The position numbers were made by a program, and so were the translations under genes. Under the pieces are notes generated by a model. That model ran no database searches and was not told the origin of the DNA. It was given only the letters and a program-made list of their open reading frames with translations. Below are positions 9,601 through 16,646 of a stretch of DNA of 64,000 bases, in pieces (the stretch's first letter is position 1; each line of letters opens with the position of its first letter). The DNA lies in the NCBI GenBank assembly GCA_963666055.2, contig CAXWPH010000014.1:520538-584537 (forward strand), given 5' to 3'. The stretch is from Acidobacteriota bacterium. GTDB lineage: Bacteria > Acidobacteriota > UBA890 > WLXD01.

Positions 9601-12404
9601 TGGCGTTCTTCAGCGAGACGCGACCCAGCGCGTACCCGAAGCAGGGAGCGCCGGCGACCGCGCTGCAGACCTACTGGATGGGACGCCTTACCGAGGAGCT
9701 CATCGGCACCGCCGCCGTTGCCAACGAGCTGATCGGCCTGTTCGACCATCCACTAACCAAGAACGTGCGCATGGAGTCAGCGATCGGCAAGTACTACGGC
9801 AGCGAGGCGCTGCACGACGGCATCGAGTGGATGGAGCGATTGCGTGGGCTCGATGGCTTGACCCACCGCCATCGCATCGAGAAGACGCGCCGTGACGCGC
9901 GGGTGCTCAACATCTACGAAGGCACCAACGAAGTTCAGCGCTACCTGTTGTTGCGCGACCTGGCGCAGCGCGTGCTGCCGGCGTGGAAGGCGGCTCAGAA
10001 AGATAGCGACGGCGCGGAAGTAGACACGGCCGGCGCGCATCCCGATCTGCGCCGGCAGCTAGAGGACGTCAAGCAGCGCCTGATGTCACGGCTGCAGGAC
10101 GCCGACGCGGCGTTCGGCCAACTCATCTGGTCGAACGTCAATCTACAGCCGTGCTTCTTTTGGCTGGCCGAGATTTCCGGCCTCATCAAGGTGATGGACG
10201 CGGTGCTGTATCGCCTCGAATGGCTGGCCGCCCACGACGTGGCCGCCGTGTACCGCGAGCGCCTCGAGCGCGCTTCGCGCCTGGCATTTCGCCGTTGCGG
10301 GGTGCGCATCGACACGCTCGAGCGTTTGTTCACTGCTGCCCACGCCTATCTGCAGGACGGGCGCTACCCGCCGGATGTGCAGCTCGGGTTCCTGGCTCTC
10401 GACGAGGCCGGCGTCATCGCCGAGGCGTGGGGGGTCATGCCCGCGTCGCGTCGCCCGCAGCCGGAACTACCGCCGCTGGCCGACGATGTGCGCATCGTCG
10501 TACTCATCAAGTCGGTGCCCTCGGTTGCCCCGCGGCCGCGGGTCGGCCATGAGTCGTTCGAGGAATCGCTGCACTCAATCGACCAGGTCGACGTCCGATC
10601 GCTGCAGATGGCGCTCGATCTCAAGCGCCGAGATCCGGCGCGGGTAACCGTGGCCGCTTATACGCTGGCTGGGGCCACCGGCAACGAGGCACTCCGCCAG
10701 GCATTGGCGATGGGAGCCGACGAAGCGCAGATTCTGGTGGGTGGCGAGACGGTACCGGTTCAAGACCCCGCCCGGGTGGCGCGCATTGTCGGAGGTTGGC
10801 TGCAGGACAAGCCGGCCGACATCGTGTTCTGCGGCGCCGCCGCTTCGGACACCTCGCAAGGTATCGTCGGCCCCGCACTCGCCGGTGCTCTGGGCCGTGA
10901 GTTTCTCGCCGGCGTTACGGAAGTGCGCTGGAGTCCGGCGCCGGAGCCGCTGTTGCACGTCGGCGCAAGCGGTTGGCAAGGTCACCACATCGATGTGCCG
11001 GTGCCCTGCGTCATCGCGACGGCGGCGCACGCCGAGCACGCCGAGGCCGAATACCGGGTCGGTGGTTTCGTGGCCGCGTTAGCGGCAGCAATCGGCAGGC
11101 TCGAGGCCCGCGATTCGGAAGTCGGTGCTTTGCGTGTTGCCCACGTGCCTCGTGCCATTGCCGGCGGCGGCACTACGGTTCAGATCGCCCGCACGCCGGA
11201 GGATGCCGCCGATGTGTTGTTGCGCACGTCCGGGCTGACCGATGCGGTGTCGAGTTCCGAGGCCGATTCCTACGCCGGCGATCCGGCCGGCTTCGGCCAG
11301 CAGCCGGAAGACCCGTCTCCTGTCTGCCTGTTCGTTTGCGCGCCTGTGGCCGCCACCGACATGGAATCGTCCACGCAGGCGTCCCTGGAATCGGCTGCTC
11401 GTCTGGCGGCCGGCGTCGACTTGCCGCTGGACGTGGTGTTGCCGGTGACGGGTCCCGAGGCTCTCGCTGCGGGAGTGGGGCAGGTGATTGCCGATGTCGG
11501 GCCACGGCGCATCTATGTGCTGGAGCAGGCCGACATCGATCGGCTCGGCTACCGAGGTCACATCGAGTGGCTCGAGGAGTTCTGGGGCATGTACCGTGGC
11601 CAGCCCGAATGGCTGCTCGGGCCGGAATGGGCACGCACGCTGTTCGCCTACTTCGGCGGCCAGGGACCGCCCGCCGTAGAAAGGAGCTGGTCCTGGTTCG
11701 GTGTCGAGCGGGTGAGCAATGGTGGACCGGAGATCCGACTCGGCACATCCATTCTCGACGGTGCGGCTCGCGCCGTCGCGACGGTGCCGAAAACAGGCGG
11801 CTTGCGCATCGTCACGTTTGCCGGCGCCGCCGCAATCGATCTGCCGGACATCGCGAGCTCCGCTGATGCGACGCAAGTGTTTGCCTACCAACCGCGGCTC
11901 GACTACGACCTCGCGTCCGATCCGGCGGCGGCTCTGATGAGTCGCCTGGGCGGCGGAGAGCTGACGCTGCAGGCGGCCGAATACATCGTCGATTTCGGCT
12001 ATGGCGCCGGGGGTCGGGAGGGCCTCGCGGAACTCGCCGAGCCGCTCTTGAGCATCCTGGCAGACGAGCTCGGGCTGCCCAACGCGATGATCGGCGCGAC
12101 GCGCAAGGTCACGCAAGATCTCGAAGTGCTGCCCATGGATCGCCAGATCGGACAGACCGGTGTGCGTGTACACCCCAAGGTGCTGGTAGCGCTGGCAGTT
12201 TCAGGCGCCCCGCAACACGTCGACTGGATCGACGACGAGACTGTCATCCTCGCCTTCAACGTCGACCCCGACGCGCCCCTGATGAGGCTCAACGAGCAGC
12301 GCCCGAATCCGGTGGTTCATCCGATCGTGGGTGACGTTTGGGAAACCATCCCGCGGTTTATGGCCGCCCTGCGCGCGGGCGAGCGGGCGCAAGGATCGCG
12401 ATGA
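3654..12404 (+). CDS. Giant fusion: FixC/ETF-QO FAD domain + 4Fe-4S + two acyl-CoA dehydrogenase domains + ETF-beta + ETF-alpha
   Basis: GGAG RBS before TTG; DVIVVGGGPAG; GGFIYTNRDSLSLG; CPAKVYE...NCVKCETC; RVQF; FALTEPTAGSD; LNGVKMWITNG; RDARVLNIYEGTNEVQR; ALAMGADEA; QIGQTG...SGAPQH. Confidence 0.9.
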   Translation: MEQNRFDVIVVGGGPAGITAATALGRAGFSVLVCEAAVYPGAENWSGAVYFAENIEAPEAFGRAAIESGPIERPLVERGFYSYNGHSMLGAALRDPKVFRSCYTVLRPVFDRYLAELAREHGVVLLCETTVQSLIRHQGRIIGVHTERGPAYADVVFLAEGDASHLVTQEGYERVGPDAGEGGSESGPHFLQGVKEVVSLSPEIIEERFGLPAGGGGAYEILLRNGTRHGRTVRLNMGGFIYTNRDSLSLGFVLPVDNLAENFDGDHNLLMEWFKGLPEIERWIDGGEVTSYGAKIIRGGGLREIPRLIDDGLAIGGAASGIGLDFPYPNFTGPATAMGLLFAAAVQKIAADNGGPGGGSGDCPFSAAALEQTYVRPLQRTHYYRNVERLADWPGYIERTRFFFDQQVDLANSVAFIVSRPDISAPRRWWEALRLERRLIVTKHFKSVLADLRENSGALGLGRAAREGFGIGTPVRWLFNTVSALLPSRRTSIGGDKSTGVAIATTPGGGEFRVTYRVLAGAEVPGRLPLVARWYWKRFGPAMGDAFADVYTNDDEPLDTKLPRALGRLIDQFSAWDAVLSVVSLVAGALTLLAQSSIEWFQYAVLKKDLSAFREQFVARLLDDNRRRIRLDDDAVEIRTSYEHKLGTIRYRVGQHSHIKVLWPDDLAARGELVDSPLWNVCPAKVYEVDRNPRGMPGVVVNFDNCVKCETCWRATPDVHWSRATQQRLIYETYTPTHAELRNYLLTRTEPVARLRRLPSYWEAYWSGSSDLSTSSEQAALLTGVEAELRRFSAALDGYSQALGDSPPALEQGERYYLEELLASATRRFEAARALWQTEALESLRAAADGAAAVWADAAERVEELARHAAAKRYFWSDVVGKQLREHHVEGLLVLLRREAAGVDQLAPQHGLPSEPCEAWSWIAGWPAVECRPLAFETHRKTIRDWCDAHVDSAVLNRLEEGLPISTELRDWLAAELRTAVASGRDGETWSDPANRATPATPRYGQRDVLLEELSACDPSLAALAAQHLLACDLLDGVAAADPTLIDNLRAGRQLATVVSQGAICNELIVSGKAAEGVAAVAAEAGVELHGVAPLVATALADWLLVVRDNRGYLVPIDDPGVKLEDVGCIGLVGAAVRRVIFDGCVVPPEHLFDVPSIDERSAFTAPAVGEPFADLLRIGVLDHLAIVRGAGTYLTQRAREHAATRVQFPDSFQDEAGRDTIAKFGAVKRLMAEMEAQRILVESLSIIDPGPTDDPWIGAAVRKVLAADAFGPNRGSLGYNCGQVFAGTAFSEDDCIAKYYRDSSPFRFLLAHDDALRVEIGRRRLAAVRQGNSLVPLSPGEAAWLGALGDEAPLAAAVPRWEAACAKIDGWADSVAAADEPMAELLCFQAGGVVASALAVKVCLLRTGWRLESGLPAQATRAATNLLNDEFCAAVPGVIDDAQLLAETLEVGDETIIHGDFEPAADIADAEPYRAVLETDHGADSGEWLVGGFDGERLRYVPEILWNDPELGAFRDRVEAEQRRRYVEPRFDGLTYNRYLEKLHIVPRDDLDYLVDEGFLRMPIPTSLGGEGVLKALYYIVCEMTGRYGDAALSLAIMANTSIGTTPMLLGLKQDLPRARAELERVKGDPTLLGEIHDGLDKLIAGMARPDLEALQRDYLALMELVKARIVKSSVLKYIGGGFLRAFFAAGQAGEQRDLDSFADNLRQARERLDEILEGVEDRLIEYPRRERAHELFLKMISAGYISAFALTEPTAGSDSGGVKTSARLDRRRVYCDDDGVLYFWLDDKAESERRNLLDADRVGFDFDRHKMLYRFSEDAEAAEINHDAFDYDSRELPSKWRTYRHGDRDVAFTDIAQIREDEAGDLWYEYWELNGVKMWITNGRFAHCFALYATTEPEGVTGFMVDRHAEGMVVGADEEKLGQRASPTNELSLTGVRVPRECIIGFRGRGQVNALETLNTGRTGLAVTARSGIQEILEDAVAFFSETRPSAYPKQGAPATALQTYWMGRLTEELIGTAAVANELIGLFDHPLTKNVRMESAIGKYYGSEALHDGIEWMERLRGLDGLTHRHRIEKTRRDARVLNIYEGTNEVQRYLLLRDLAQRVLPAWKAAQKDSDGAEVDTAGAHPDLRRQLEDVKQRLMSRLQDADAAFGQLIWSNVNLQPCFFWLAEISGLIKVMDAVLYRLEWLAAHDVAAVYRERLERASRLAFRRCGVRIDTLERLFTAAHAYLQDGRYPPDVQLGFLALDEAGVIAEAWGVMPASRRPQPELPPLADDVRIVVLIKSVPSVAPRPRVGHESFEESLHSIDQVDVRSLQMALDLKRRDPARVTVAAYTLAGATGNEALRQALAMGADEAQILVGGETVPVQDPARVARIVGGWLQDKPADIVFCGAAASDTSQGIVGPALAGALGREFLAGVTEVRWSPAPEPLLHVGASGWQGHHIDVPVPCVIATAAHAEHAEAEYRVGGFVAALAAAIGRLEARDSEVGALRVAHVPRAIAGGGTTVQIARTPEDAADVLLRTSGLTDAVSSSEADSYAGDPAGFGQQPEDPSPVCLFVCAPVAATDMESSTQASLESAARLAAGVDLPLDVVLPVTGPEALAAGVGQVIADVGPRRIYVLEQADIDRLGYRGHIEWLEEFWGMYRGQPEWLLGPEWARTLFAYFGGQGPPAVERSWSWFGVERVSNGGPEIRLGTSILDGAARAVATVPKTGGLRIVTFAGAAAIDLPDIASSADATQVFAYQPRLDYDLASDPAAALMSRLGGGELTLQAAEYIVDFGYGAGGREGLAELAEPLLSILADELGLPNAMIGATRKVTQDLEVLPMDRQIGQTGVRVHPKVLVALAVSGAPQHVDWIDDETVILAFNVDPDAPLMRLNEQRPNPVVHPIVGDVWETIPRFMAALRAGERAQGSR

Positions 12405-12502
12405 CTGCGTTGCGCTTGATTCGAGTGCTCGACGTACATTAAGTACGCCTGCGCGCTCGAATCTGCGCGCGCCTTGTCCTCGCGAGCCTTGCGCCCGCTC
12501 GC
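12379..12502 (+). repeat. Structured palindromic repeat, family A copy 1 (overlaps the stop codon of the giant gene)
   Basis: Outer inverted repeat GCGAGCGGGCGCAAGG...CCTTGCGCCCGCTCGC; core GCGTTGCGC...CGACGTAC-attaa-GTACGCCTG...GCGCGCCTTG. Confidence 0.8.
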
Positions 12503-12554
12503 CTCTACCGGCGCTTGGCTACGACCCGGCCGTGCCTGCTCGCTTCACGACCCT

Positions 12555-12764
12555 TTAGCGGCGCTTGGCTACCACCCATAGCGAGTTGTGCTCGCCGGTG
12601 TCGAAGTTCGCGCCCTTTGATTCGAGCTCCTCGACGGTGAGGTTGTAGGTGGCGCCGTCGGCGTAGGCGAGCAGCAGACGCCCGCACTCATCACAGGTGG
12701 CGATGTCGCGGTGCTTCGCCAGATTCTTCTCAGCTTCTTGCTCGCAGCAGTGCTTCAGGGGCAT
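12555..12764 (-). CDS. Small Cys-rich hypothetical protein (CC...CxxC, possible Zn binding)
   Basis: MPLKHCCEQ...ATCDECGRLLLAY...; protein-like composition; ATG at 12764 preferred to the upstream GTG. Confidence 0.6.
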   Translation of the reverse strand: MPLKHCCEQEAEKNLAKHRDIATCDECGRLLLAYADGATYNLTVEELESKGANFDTGEHNSLWVVAKRR

Positions 12765-12865
12765 GTCGGGTGATGGCGCTTCCACCAGTCTGTGAAACGA
12801 GGGCTCGAACCATTGTAGTCTGTATCCAGAGCTGCGGTTTCCAGCTGACTAAGAGTCAATCTGTG

Positions 12866-13209
12866 ATGCGCAATCTCAAGGCAGCCACGGCGGTTTGCGG
12901 CGTCATCGGGGCGTTGGCGGTCGCAATTGTTACTCCGCTGGCCATCGCCGCGGCCAGTGGGCCATCTTGCAGCGCGACCGGCTCGCCAGCCTGCGCCGCT
13001 ATTACGACCAGAGCACCGTGCGCATCGGTGAGTCGATGCAGCTGGAGATCGGCGGCCGTACGCTCAACGTGCGACGTCTCCACATCAGTGGGCCGATTCG
13101 TACCGGTTACGTCAACGAGTTCGGCCACGTGGTTCGCCTCGATCTCGATCCCGACCCGTGGACGCGGAACGACCGCCACATTCGGATGCTCTTTCCGTCG
13201 GAGTACTAG
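12866..13209 (+). pseudogene. Internally deleted paralogue of the downstream secreted protein (signal peptide joined out of frame to the C-terminal ~85 aa)
   Basis: MRNLKAATAVCGVIGALAVAIV signal peptide in one frame; ...LDPDPWTRNDRHIRMLFPSEY in another frame, matching LDPHPRTNQKRWIRMLYPSEY of the next gene. Confidence 0.6.
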
Positions 13210-13249
13210 CCGGCCATGGTGCTGAAAAACTGCGTACGGCAGTAGCCTC

Positions 13250-14275
13250 ATGTTTCTCGCCCGCCCGACGCCGATCCTGACTCTCGTCATCTGGTCGCTG
13301 GTCACCGGTGGCGCGACGCCGCCGGCCGCGCCGGTGACCAAGGCGCAGTACAGCGAGGTGTTCGGGTATCAACTCGGGGAGGAGCGCCATTACATCCTCG
13401 AGCCCGACAAGGCGCTGCGCCCGGGGGAGCACGGCATGTGGAGCATTCGCTTCGCAGACGTCGCCGGTGAAGGCGAGGACCTGAGGTTCATCTTCAATCT
13501 GGAGCACGAGCGCAGCGAGCTGATTCGGGACATGTTCGGCGGCCTTTCCGGCCGCCTTCAGACAATCCGCGTCGAGTCCGTCCTTACGCTCAACGCTTTC
13601 GGGTTCCCGCTGCGTGTGGTGATGAGCGAGCAGCACGAAGTCGCCGGCGAACGCCGCACCGAGAGCGACATGCGAACCACGATCTTCACGTTCGACGGCG
13701 AGCGCTACACCAAGGCCGTGCGCATCGAAGGCCGCGAGTGGCGCTTTCCGATCAGCATCGCCAAGAACAAGGATCTCAACCTCGAAAGCCGAACCGGTCT
13801 GTACACGTTTCTGCCCTCGGCGCTGCGCTGTATGGGCCAGCCGGCGATGATCGGCAGGCCGCGGCGCTGTGAAGAGGGCGACATCACGTTCGCCAACCCG
13901 GGGTTGTTGAGCATCGTGATTCCGGTTCTGCGGGAGGAGAAGGTCAACAAGCGCGAGTTCCTGTTCTTCAAGCCGGCGGGCGTGGGCACGATGCCGGCCG
14001 GGCTGATGGACATGAGCGGCTGGGTGCGACGCGAACGCGACACGCAGCGCAGCATCTCGCGCTACTTCGACAAGATGACCATCGAGTTCGAAGCGTACGA
14101 AGAGGGCGTCGAGATGGGCGTGCGCACGGTGAGCGCGTGGCGAGTCGAAGCCAGCGGCTCGATGCGCAAGTTCTGGGTCGACGCCGAAGACCGGGTCATC
14201 AAGGTCGAGCTCGACCCGCACCCGCGCACCAACCAGAAGCGCTGGATCCGCATGCTGTACCCTTCGGAGTACTGA
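13250..14275 (+). CDS. Secreted hypothetical protein, beta-rich, C-terminal IRMLYPSEY
   Basis: 341-aa ORF with signal-like N-terminus and typical GC3 bias; paralogous C-terminus upstream. Confidence 0.75.
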   Translation: MFLARPTPILTLVIWSLVTGGATPPAAPVTKAQYSEVFGYQLGEERHYILEPDKALRPGEHGMWSIRFADVAGEGEDLRFIFNLEHERSELIRDMFGGLSGRLQTIRVESVLTLNAFGFPLRVVMSEQHEVAGERRTESDMRTTIFTFDGERYTKAVRIEGREWRFPISIAKNKDLNLESRTGLYTFLPSALRCMGQPAMIGRPRRCEEGDITFANPGLLSIVIPVLREEKVNKREFLFFKPAGVGTMPAGLMDMSGWVRRERDTQRSISRYFDKMTIEFEAYEEGVEMGVRTVSAWRVEASGSMRKFWVDAEDRVIKVELDPHPRTNQKRWIRMLYPSEY

Positions 14276-14276
14276 C

Positions 14277-14353
14277 GAGCCCGACCAAGCGCAATGCCCC
14301 AGAGGCGGGCTTCTCGGTGCCCGTAGCAGGAGAGCGTTGAGATGTGCGGGCTA
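14277..14353 (-). repeat. Half copy of the TIR-bounded family A element between convergent genes
   Basis: Minus strand TAGCCCGCACATCTCAAC...GCATTGCGCTTGGTCGGGCTC is colinear with the left half of the element at 27011; its TAG is the stop codon of the DUF547 gene. Confidence 0.55.
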
Positions 14354-15355
14354 GCGTTCGATCGGCCGGGCGCGGCGCGGGCCCTCTGATTGGCCGTTGA
14401 GCGTCCAGTCGTAGTCGATGAAGCGGACGCGTAGCGAGTCGCGATTCTCGCGGATCCAGACGGCCTCGTCGGCCGGGGCGTATTGCAACACCCAGTCCAC
14501 GACGTCGTTCTTCTCGGCCTCGAAATCACCGCCGTACCAGTCGAAGTAGCTCGACAGGTACAGGATGTTCTCTTCTCGATCGATCTGCAGGGCGCGCGGG
14601 CTGCTCAAGAACTCGAGCGATAGCTCTGTCATCAGCGGGTCGAGGTCCTCGGCGACATAGGGCCGGCGCAATAGCCGTGGGCAGCCGAAAGCGCCGCACA
14701 CCAGCGTCCAGTGGAGCCGAGCGTCGGGAAAATCAGCGCGCAGGATGTCGTGCTCGATGTTGTCGAGCGTGCGGTCGACACCGCCGACGCGGTTCTCCTG
14801 CTTGAAGAAACCGGCGACCAGGCCGAACAGCCGATCCAGATCGCGAACGCTGTCGAGCGGGTAACGCTCGACCACCTGCCACACGACGACCGCGTTGTAG
14901 GCGTTCATCCAGAACGCCATCTTCTCGTTGTCGCTCGCCAGCCTGTCGGGGTCGACGTTGCCGATGGCCTCGATGAACGTTTGCAGGTCGGCGCGCCCGG
15001 GGCCGGTGAGCCCCTCGTAGTCGACCAAACCCTCACCGTCGACGTAGTCCTCGAGCACACGCGCCCACGGGTCGTAAAGCGGGTTGTCGGTGCCGATCTC
15101 TGCCCAGGTCTGGCGGGAGAGTTGTGCCTCGGCGCCGGCGCTCTCATCCTCACTCGGGGTCATCTGCGCGCCCGCCGCGTCCGCCGTGGGCTTTTCGCCG
15201 GCCGCAGCAGTGGCGGAACCCGCGTTCGGTGTCGAGGCGTCGGCCCTTTGTGCGGCGGGGGGAGCGGGAGTGTCCCCTTGGCATGCAGCCGCCACAAGAA
15301 TCAGGCCCGGCACCAGCACTGCAAGCGCGGCGATCGAAAGTCGTCGTCGGAACAT
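14351..15355 (-). CDS. DUF547 domain lipoprotein
   Basis: Lipobox LVAAAC; GLVDYEGL; AFWMNAYNA; TLDNIEHDILR; DARLHWTLVCGAFGCPRL; YDWTLN. Confidence 0.9.
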   Translation of the reverse strand: MFRRRLSIAALAVLVPGLILVAAACQGDTPAPPAAQRADASTPNAGSATAAAGEKPTADAAGAQMTPSEDESAGAEAQLSRQTWAEIGTDNPLYDPWARVLEDYVDGEGLVDYEGLTGPGRADLQTFIEAIGNVDPDRLASDNEKMAFWMNAYNAVVVWQVVERYPLDSVRDLDRLFGLVAGFFKQENRVGGVDRTLDNIEHDILRADFPDARLHWTLVCGAFGCPRLLRRPYVAEDLDPLMTELSLEFLSSPRALQIDREENILYLSSYFDWYGGDFEAEKNDVVDWVLQYAPADEAVWIRENRDSLRVRFIDYDWTLNGQSEGPRRARPIER

Positions 15356-15437
15356 CGCGGAGTCCTTAATTCGTGGGGTGCAGGCGGTGGCCTGCGGAGA
15401 TCCTACAGGCTAGTTGGCGCCGCGAGGAGTTTCGGTT

Positions 15438-15674
15438 TCAGTCGATTCCGAGTCGCTCGCCCAGCCAATCAGCGTCGAAGCCGACGATCACCTCACCGTC
15501 GACAACTACGGTCGGGGTGGCGGCCGGCCCGCCGGTGACGGCGCGTAGCTCACCCATCGGATCGTCGAAATCTTCGATGTGGATCTCCTCGAATGCGACG
15601 TCGTGCCGGCGAAGGAACTCCTTCGCTTGCTCGCACGGCATTCAGTAACGGCTCGTGTAAACCTGGATATCCAT
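15438..15674 (-). CDS. Glutaredoxin/NrdH-like selenoprotein (UxxC)
   Basis: ATG GAT ATC CAG GTT TAC ACG AGC CGT TAC TGA ATG CCG TGC gives MDIQVYTSRY-U-MPC-EQAKEFL...TPTVVVDGEVIVGFD; TGA at the first Cys position of the CxxC motif; SECIS-like hairpin downstream. Confidence 0.8.
15602..15637 (-). promoter_or_regulatory. Putative bacterial SECIS element
   Basis: GCGAAGG-AGTT-CCTTCGC stem starting 15 nt after the TGA, G at loop position 2, lower stem CGTGC/GCACG. Confidence 0.65.
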
Positions 15675-15802
15675 TGAAACGAGTATCAGCCCAATTGTGT
15701 GGAGGGGCAACGTGTGGACACAGAGACCCTTCGAGTCTGCGGCGGCGACGCGCTAAGATTCGCTTCGCCAACGCTCGCCGCTACCGCAGACAAGGAAGTG
15801 CG

Positions 15803-16546
15803 ATGTTTTTCCGCCAATACTTGGACCAAGACCCGGTGGTGGCCGTGTCATATTTGTTCGGCTGCCCGACGCAGGAAATCGGCGCCGTCGTGGATCCCAT
15901 CGGGGACATCGAGCGCTACCTGAAGGAGTCGGAGGCGGGGAACGTGCCCATCCGCTACGTGATCGAAACGCACATGCACGCCGATCACATCTCGAGCGGG
16001 CGCGAGCTCGCAAAGGCGGTCGGAGCGGAGTATGTGCTCTTCGCCGGCACCGAGGCCAGCTATTCGTTCCGCGGCGTGGAAGACGGTGAGGTCTTGGACA
16101 TCGGCAACACGCAGGCCGAGGTTCTCCACACCCCGGGGCATACGCCAGAGCACATTTCCCTGGTCGTGACAGATCACAGCAGAGGCGACGAGCCGTGGTT
16201 CGTGCTCACCGGCCACACGCTCATGGTGGGCGACATGGGACGAACGGAGCTCGCGACATCGGCCGAAGAAGGGGCCGAGGCTCTCTTCGAGAGCGCCACG
16301 CGGCTGCGTGGCCTGCCGGACCATCTGGAGGTGATGCCGGGGGCCTTCTCCGGCTCCGTTTGTGGGCGCGGACTCAGTGGGAGGCCGAGCTCGACGATCG
16401 GTTTCGAGCGCCGCCACAACCGTGCGTTCTCTCTGGAGAATCAAGAGGAGTTCATCCGCCTGATGCTCGCCGAGATCCCGGCTCGGCCGCTCCAGGCCGA
16501 GCGGATCCGCGCCACGAACCTCGGACTCGATTCCGCTACCGCCTAG
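15803..16546 (+). CDS. MBL-fold metallo-hydrolase (persulfide dioxygenase/glyoxalase II-like)
   Basis: ETHMHADHISS, HTPGHTPEH, STIGFERRHN; AAGGAAG RBS before ATG at 15803. Confidence 0.85.
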   Translation: MFFRQYLDQDPVVAVSYLFGCPTQEIGAVVDPIGDIERYLKESEAGNVPIRYVIETHMHADHISSGRELAKAVGAEYVLFAGTEASYSFRGVEDGEVLDIGNTQAEVLHTPGHTPEHISLVVTDHSRGDEPWFVLTGHTLMVGDMGRTELATSAEEGAEALFESATRLRGLPDHLEVMPGAFSGSVCGRGLSGRPSSTIGFERRHNRAFSLENQEEFIRLMLAEIPARPLQAERIRATNLGLDSATA

Positions 16547-16646
16547 TGGGTGAGGGGGCCGGAGCGGATTGTCAGCTACTCCTTGACGCTTGCGGTGCTC
16601 TGCGCCTAGCCTGACGTACAAGAATGGCAGCGTTCGACGATAGCCT

